From positions 1 to 47,071 of the forward strand of contig JAGGUG010000126.1 of the NCBI GenBank assembly GCA_021158625.1: a stretch of DNA of 47,071 bases, written 5' to 3'. Made by a program: the position numbers and the translations under genes. Under the pieces are notes generated by a model. It was not told the DNA's origin. It made no database searches and was given only the letters and a program-made list of their open reading frames with translations. This document shows positions 42,713-47,071 of this stretch, in pieces (the first letter of the stretch is position 1; every line of letters starts with the position of its first letter). The stretch is from Candidatus Omnitrophota bacterium (GTDB lineage: Bacteria > Omnitrophota > 4484-213).

Positions 42713-43521
42713 TGCACTCCCGTATCGGCTGACTTGAGAAACTCTCTTATCCCCGAGAGAAAGACCCCCTCGGAATCAAGAAAAGCAGAATTGTGGCTTC
42801 CTTTTATCTTTAGCAATTGTTTGGGTGGAGGGGCACCTTTAAACAATTTTTCGGCTAATGAAAAGGGAATCATCTCGTCATCAACGCTGTGAATAATAAG
42901 TTTAGAGGCGCTAATATTCTTTATTTTACCAATAGAATCAAAGCGGCTGGCAAATACAGCCGGGGGAACAAAGGGATAGATTACCTTTATTATATCTCTG
43001 GCGCAGGTAAATGTCCCTTCGGTGATAAGGGCTTTTATGTTTGCCTTTGTCGCCAGGTCAATTACTACCGCCCCTCCGATTGACTCCCCATAAAGGACAA
43101 TCTCATCGGGAGGAATCTTTTTCTCGAGAACAAGATAATCATAGGCCGCTTTTCCGTCCAAATATAACCCCTTTTCGTCGGGCTTGCCTTTGCTTTTGCC
43201 ATAGCCGCGATAATCGAAAATAAAAACATTTAACCTTAATTTGTTAAATAGGGCTATTTTTTCCAAACGGTGGCTTATATTTCCGGCATTGCCATGAGCA
43301 AAAAGAAGAGTAATCGATGCTTGCTTAGCCGGGATAAACCAGCCATTTAATTCTACTCCATCCGTTGTTTCAAAATACACATCCTCAAAAGGCAATCCCC
43401 GATAAGAAGGGGTAGCGGCAATCTCCTTTTCGGGAAAATATATACTCTGTTTTTCTTTATATCTCATCATAATTAAGAAAAAAATAACGACGAAGATAAA
43501 GTAGAAAATGGTTTTGAGCAT
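42709..43521 (-). CDS. Alpha/beta hydrolase with an N-terminal TM anchor
   Basis: 270 aa with the nucleophile elbow GESIGG and HGNAGN. Confidence 0.8.
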   Translation of the reverse strand: MLKTIFYFIFVVIFFLIMMRYKEKQSIYFPEKEIAATPSYRGLPFEDVYFETTDGVELNGWFIPAKQASITLLFAHGNAGNISHRLEKIALFNKLRLNVFIFDYRGYGKSKGKPDEKGLYLDGKAAYDYLVLEKKIPPDEIVLYGESIGGAVVIDLATKANIKALITEGTFTCARDIIKVIYPFVPPAVFASRFDSIGKIKNISASKLIIHSVDDEMIPFSLAEKLFKGAPPPKQLLKIKGSHNSAFLDSEGVFLSGIREFLKSADTGVQ

Positions 43522-43531
43522 TTATAACTCA

Positions 43532-43568
43532 ACCCCATTAGATAGCGGCTTCGCCTATCTAACGGGGT
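43532..43568. repeat. Family A short hairpin
   Basis: ACCCCATTAGATAG-cggcttcgc-CTATCTAACGGGGT. It contains the pcm stop codon (..LPR-TAG). Confidence 0.75.
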
Positions 43569-44284
43569 AAATCTCTCTGCATAGGTACAAATCTCACCGG
43601 GATAATGCTTTCAATCTCGATCTTGCCGTCTTTTTTCTTGATGAGTTTTAATTCTTGATAGCGCTCGCCTAACGGAATAACCATCTTCCCACCCTCCTTT
43701 AATTGCTCAATGAGAGCCGGGGGTATCTGCTCGGGGGCGCAGGTAACAATAATCGCATCAAAGGGGGCATACTCTTCCCAACCAAGATAGCCATCGCCGC
43801 ATTTAACCTTGATATTTTCATAACCTAAACTTCTGAGCAACTTCTCGGCTTTTTGGGCTAAGCTGGGAAGGATTTCAATTGTGTAAACCTCGGCGGCTAA
43901 TTCGGCTAAGATTGCTGCCTGATAACCCGAGCCAGTGCCAATCTCCAGAACCCTTTCCTTGCCTGAAAGAGAGAGCAACTCGCTCATCAGGGCAACAATA
44001 TAGGGCTGCGAGATTGTTTGACCTTCGCCGATGGGTAAAGGGCTATCTATATAAGCCAGATGGCGATATTCCTGAGGCACAAACAGATGTCTTTTTATCT
44101 TACGCATCGCATTCAATACGGCTTTGTCCTTAATCCCTCTTGCCTCAATCTGAGAACTCACCATCTGCTCCCGCAAGTTCTTAAAATCTATCCTTCTTGA
44201 TGCCTTCAATGGCAAATCTTGCCCAAAAACAACCCTGGTGATTGCCAGGAATAAAATTAGGCCTACCAACCAAGTTTTATTCAT
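43559..44284 (-). CDS. pcm: Protein-L-isoaspartate O-methyltransferase with a signal/anchor sequence
   Basis: 241 aa with TISQPYIVA and the SAM motif [15 protein letters not shown]. The stop codon lies inside a family A hairpin. Confidence 0.9.
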   Translation of the reverse strand: MNKTWLVGLILFLAITRVVFGQDLPLKASRRIDFKNLREQMVSSQIEARGIKDKAVLNAMRKIKRHLFVPQEYRHLAYIDSPLPIGEGQTISQPYIVALMSELLSLSGKERVLEIGTGSGYQAAILAELAAEVYTIEILPSLAQKAEKLLRSLGYENIKVKCGDGYLGWEEYAPFDAIIVTCAPEQIPPALIEQLKEGGKMVIPLGERYQELKLIKKKDGKIEIESIIPVRFVPMQRDLPR

Positions 44285-44411
44285 AATTCTTCTTGCTATA
44301 ACTTCGTTATAACTGATTACAGAGATTAATATAGACTTCAGCTTTCTTTAATCTCGGCAATCTCTTTTTTAATCGTTGTGAGCAAACATCCTGAGTTTTA
44401 TAGTATATCTC

Positions 44412-45311
44412 TTAAAATCCCCGATGCAGCCCCAGCCTTAGAGCATAATCTATAACTTTTTTGTATTCATCAGGGGTTATCGGGCGGTTGATTTCGGGAT
44501 AATCTCTTGCTTTAAAACAGGGTCTATATTGGTCCATTATATTTACATAGCTATTTCGGGAAATGCTTTTGGCTATGAAATCGAGAACCTCAAATGAACC
44601 GGCAATGTTGTTTGGCAGAATTAAATGGCGAATAAGCAAGCCTCTCAAGGCTATGCCGTTTTCGTCTATTACCAAATCCCCGACATCTTTATGCATCTGA
44701 GAGATTGCCTCGCGGCAAATATCCCAGTAATCCTCTGCTGCTGAATATTTCTTTGCCTGGGAGCCCTCAGCATATTTGGCATCGGGCATATAGATGTCAA
44801 ATACCCCCTCTATTTCCTTCAAGGTTTCCACTTTATCGTATCCGCCGCTATTATAGACCAAAGGCAATTTGAGCCCACCTTCAATCGCCAGAGGGAGTGC
44901 CTCTACTATTTGAGCAATCACATGGGTTGGGGTTACAAAATTTATATTTTCACAACCAACTTTCTGGAGATAGAGCATCATCTTGGCGAGCACCTCCGGC
45001 TTCACCTTCTCTCCCTGGCCTAAGTGCGAAATGGTATAGTTCTGGCAATAGATGCAACCTAAATTACAACGGCTTATAAATATCGTCCCTGAACCACCTC
45101 TCCCAACAAGGGGTGGTTCTTCGCCGAAGTGTGGACCGCCACTTGATATAATTGCATACCTACCGGTGCCGCAGAAACCACATTCATCATTAAGTCGGTT
45201 CACTCCACAGTTGCGTGGGCAGAGCCGACAATTCTCAAGTGCTGTTATTAAATTCTTTTTTATTGAATTTAACCTATTCTGTTTATATAATTTAAGATAG
45301 GAGGGGAGCAT
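44412..45311 (-). CDS. Radical SAM protein (PflX-like)
   Basis: 299 aa. CNLGCIYCQN (CxxxCxxC) and an N-terminal extra Cys cluster CRLCPRNCGVNR are present. Confidence 0.8.
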   Translation of the reverse strand: MLPSYLKLYKQNRLNSIKKNLITALENCRLCPRNCGVNRLNDECGFCGTGRYAIISSGGPHFGEEPPLVGRGGSGTIFISRCNLGCIYCQNYTISHLGQGEKVKPEVLAKMMLYLQKVGCENINFVTPTHVIAQIVEALPLAIEGGLKLPLVYNSGGYDKVETLKEIEGVFDIYMPDAKYAEGSQAKKYSAAEDYWDICREAISQMHKDVGDLVIDENGIALRGLLIRHLILPNNIAGSFEVLDFIAKSISRNSYVNIMDQYRPCFKARDYPEINRPITPDEYKKVIDYALRLGLHRGF

Positions 45312-46216
45312 TAAGTTCTTCGGAAAAGGCGAAAAAACCTTCTTCTTTTCTTCCTTTTTATCAGGGCTTTGATTTCAGCGATTTTCTTCCTCGCCTCCTC
45401 TTCCCCGGCTTTTATACAAGTTTCGGCTCTGGAAAAGTGTGCCCATTTTATATTTTTGATTGCCGGTTCAAGAACAACATCGGCAAATTCCAGTTGTAAG
45501 GCGTTCAAGGCTCTCGCTCTCATATCGCAAACCTGATAAAATGCATTCATCCCCTTGGAAAAATCCCGCCGCGCAAGCTCAGGTTGTAAATTAACCGCAA
45601 TTATCAAATCTGCCCCCATTTTTTTAACTACTCTTACAGGAACAGATGCAATTGCCCCACCATCGGTTAAAAGTCGGTCGTTGATTCTCACCGGAGGAAA
45701 TATAGCTGGAATTGAAGAACTGGCAAGAATCGCCCTATCCAGCCGTCCACTGTGTAAGACAATCTCCTCGCCACTGTTCAAATCTGCGCAAACGGCATAA
45801 AAAGGAATTTTAGTATCGGCAAATACCTTTCCTCCCAACCAGTCTTTAATTCCATCTTCTATTAGCGAAGAATCAAGAACAAACCCTTGCATCTGCTGCT
45901 TACTGAGAGCGTATATCTCGCGGATAAAGGTGTTAACCTTTTTTTGAATAGCGCCTTTACCTTTAAAAAACTCGGGTGACACTGCTCTTTCTATTCTGGA
46001 TATATCTATCTCTTTTAATGCCCTGAGTAATTTCCTCTCCAATGCCTCGGCGTCGGGATTTAAGGCATAGCCTCCTCCAACAATCGCCCCCATACTCACC
46101 CCGGCAATCAAATCTATGCTCACGCCGGCTTCTTCCAATACCTTTAAAACACCTAAATGGCTCAATCCTCTCACTCCCCCGTCGCCCAGAGCTAAGCCGA
46201 TTCTAATTTTATACAT
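45311..46216 (-). CDS. Patatin-like phospholipase
   Basis: 301 aa. The oxyanion motif DGGVRG, the GVSMGA (GxSxG) motif and the catalytic Asp in TDGGA are present. Confidence 0.88.
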   Translation of the reverse strand: MYKIRIGLALGDGGVRGLSHLGVLKVLEEAGVSIDLIAGVSMGAIVGGGYALNPDAEALERKLLRALKEIDISRIERAVSPEFFKGKGAIQKKVNTFIREIYALSKQQMQGFVLDSSLIEDGIKDWLGGKVFADTKIPFYAVCADLNSGEEIVLHSGRLDRAILASSSIPAIFPPVRINDRLLTDGGAIASVPVRVVKKMGADLIIAVNLQPELARRDFSKGMNAFYQVCDMRARALNALQLEFADVVLEPAIKNIKWAHFSRAETCIKAGEEEARKKIAEIKALIKRKKRRRFFRLFRRT

Positions 46217-46221
46217 TTCTT

Positions 46222-46253
46222 AACCTGAAGCTTGCAGCCTGTAACCTGAAGCT
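46222..46253. repeat. Family C single-arm copy
   Basis: aacctgaagcttgcagcctgtaacctgaagct, lying between murB and the patatin gene. Confidence 0.5.
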
Positions 46254-47071
46254 CATCCCCAAATCTCCACCTCCAGTTTTAAATGAGTATTAAACCTCTT
46301 TTGAACCTCTTTGCGCATTATTCTAATGAGGGCTAAGACATCCTCTGCTTTAGCCTTTTGGTTATGATTGATAATAAAATTGCTATGCCGAGAAGAAATC
46401 TCTGCTCCGCCTACTCTTCTTCCTTTTAAACCGCATTGCTCAATCAGCCAACCTGCTCCTTTTTTCCCTTCTGGATTCTTAAAGATGCAGCCTGCCGAAG
46501 AGAGGGTCAACTCCTGCGTCCTCTGGCGATAAGCAATAAAATCACCCATCTTCTTGGCAATTGCTTCTTTATCGGCTCTTTGCAGACTGAATTTTGCTTC
46601 TATGATAATATGGGGAAAATCCCTTTCTTTTTTTTCTCCATCAAGCATCTTCACATAATCAAGCACTTCCTTAATCCTTCTTTTGAAGGGATAAGATACG
46701 CTCAAATTTGTCTTTATTGCCCCGCCCACGGTAGCCGGAACCCCGACAACAAACTCCAATCCGCTCAATCCATTATCCCTGGCTACCTTTAGGGCTTCTG
46801 TCAGTTCTGCTCCGCCTCCACAACGCAAGCTTTGTCCTTCTCTTTTAACATAAGTGAACCCAGGGGAATTTAGGCGAATCACTATCCCTTTTACGCCGTT
46901 GTCCCTGACTAAAAGATTACTTCCCCTGCCGATGACAAAAAGAGGGATTTCTTCATCAACAGAAAATTTAACGAGTTTAGTTAAAGAAGGAATATCTGTC
47001 GGTTCAACCCAGGCTTCTGCCGGGCCACCCACCCCTAAAGTAGTATGCTTAGCAAGCGGCTCATCAAATAG
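46253..47071 (-). CDS. murB: UDP-N-acetylenolpyruvoylglucosamine reductase; the 5' end runs off the window
   Basis: The reading frame is open to the window edge (LFDEPLAKHTTLGVGGPAE...). SAGCIFKNP and GGAEISSRHSNFIINH are present. Confidence 0.9.
   Translation of the reverse strand, partial: LFDEPLAKHTTLGVGGPAEAWVEPTDIPSLTKLVKFSVDEEIPLFVIGRGSNLLVRDNGVKGIVIRLNSPGFTYVKREGQSLRCGGGAELTEALKVARDNGLSGLEFVVGVPATVGGAIKTNLSVSYPFKRRIKEVLDYVKMLDGEKKERDFPHIIIEAKFSLQRADKEAIAKKMGDFIAYRQRTQELTLSSAGCIFKNPEGKKGAGWLIEQCGLKGRRVGGAEISSRHSNFIINHNQKAKAEDVLALIRIMRKEVQKRFNTHLKLEVEIWG

Overview
This is an AT-rich bacterial chromosomal segment. It probably comes from a diderm lineage, since lptB and gmhB are present. 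Every gene I can support lies on the minus strand: 56 CDS (two truncated at the window edges, two low-confidence small ORFs), tRNA-fMet and tRNA-Arg(CCG). Content is almost entirely housekeeping. There is a permease-less regulatory PTS cluster (lptB-hpf-ptsN-hprK-yvcK-ptsH-ptsI) and an aromatic amino-acid block (pheA-hisC-aroF, with aroE elsewhere). Also present are alaS, scpAB, trpS, glyA, dnaE, cysS, dgt, cstA, leuA, ychF, fmt, a priA-like gene, family-4 UDG and gmhB. The right-hand part holds small DNA-end and repair enzymes, cspA, purU, sixA, flavodoxins, a secreted PLD/Nuc nuclease, an ArfB-like GGQ protein, pcm, a radical SAM protein, a patatin and murB. I saw no CRISPR array, cas gene, transposase, integrase, reverse transcriptase, toxin-antitoxin pair or known defence gene, so I do not claim a new defence or mobile island. 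The unusual signal is in the non-coding layer. Nearly every intergenic gap is filled by one of at least five families of short palindromic or low-complexity repeats. Family A (termini ACCCYGTTAR / YTAACRGGGT) sits on or next to stop codons, donates the stop codon to several genes, carries outward TTGACA boxes, and occurs twice in-frame inside essential or repair genes (dnaE, UDG), resembling Rickettsia palindromic elements. Family C low-complexity hairpins abut start codons, and the examples I paired by hand pair better in the antisense (plus) strand. A GC-rich leader containing a 103-nt direct repeat, identical by eye, precedes an ACT-domain gene. The priA homologue is an intact ORF that has lost the Walker A motif, other helicase motifs and the Cys-rich zinc region. 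All coordinates and alignments were done by eye, with no database search.
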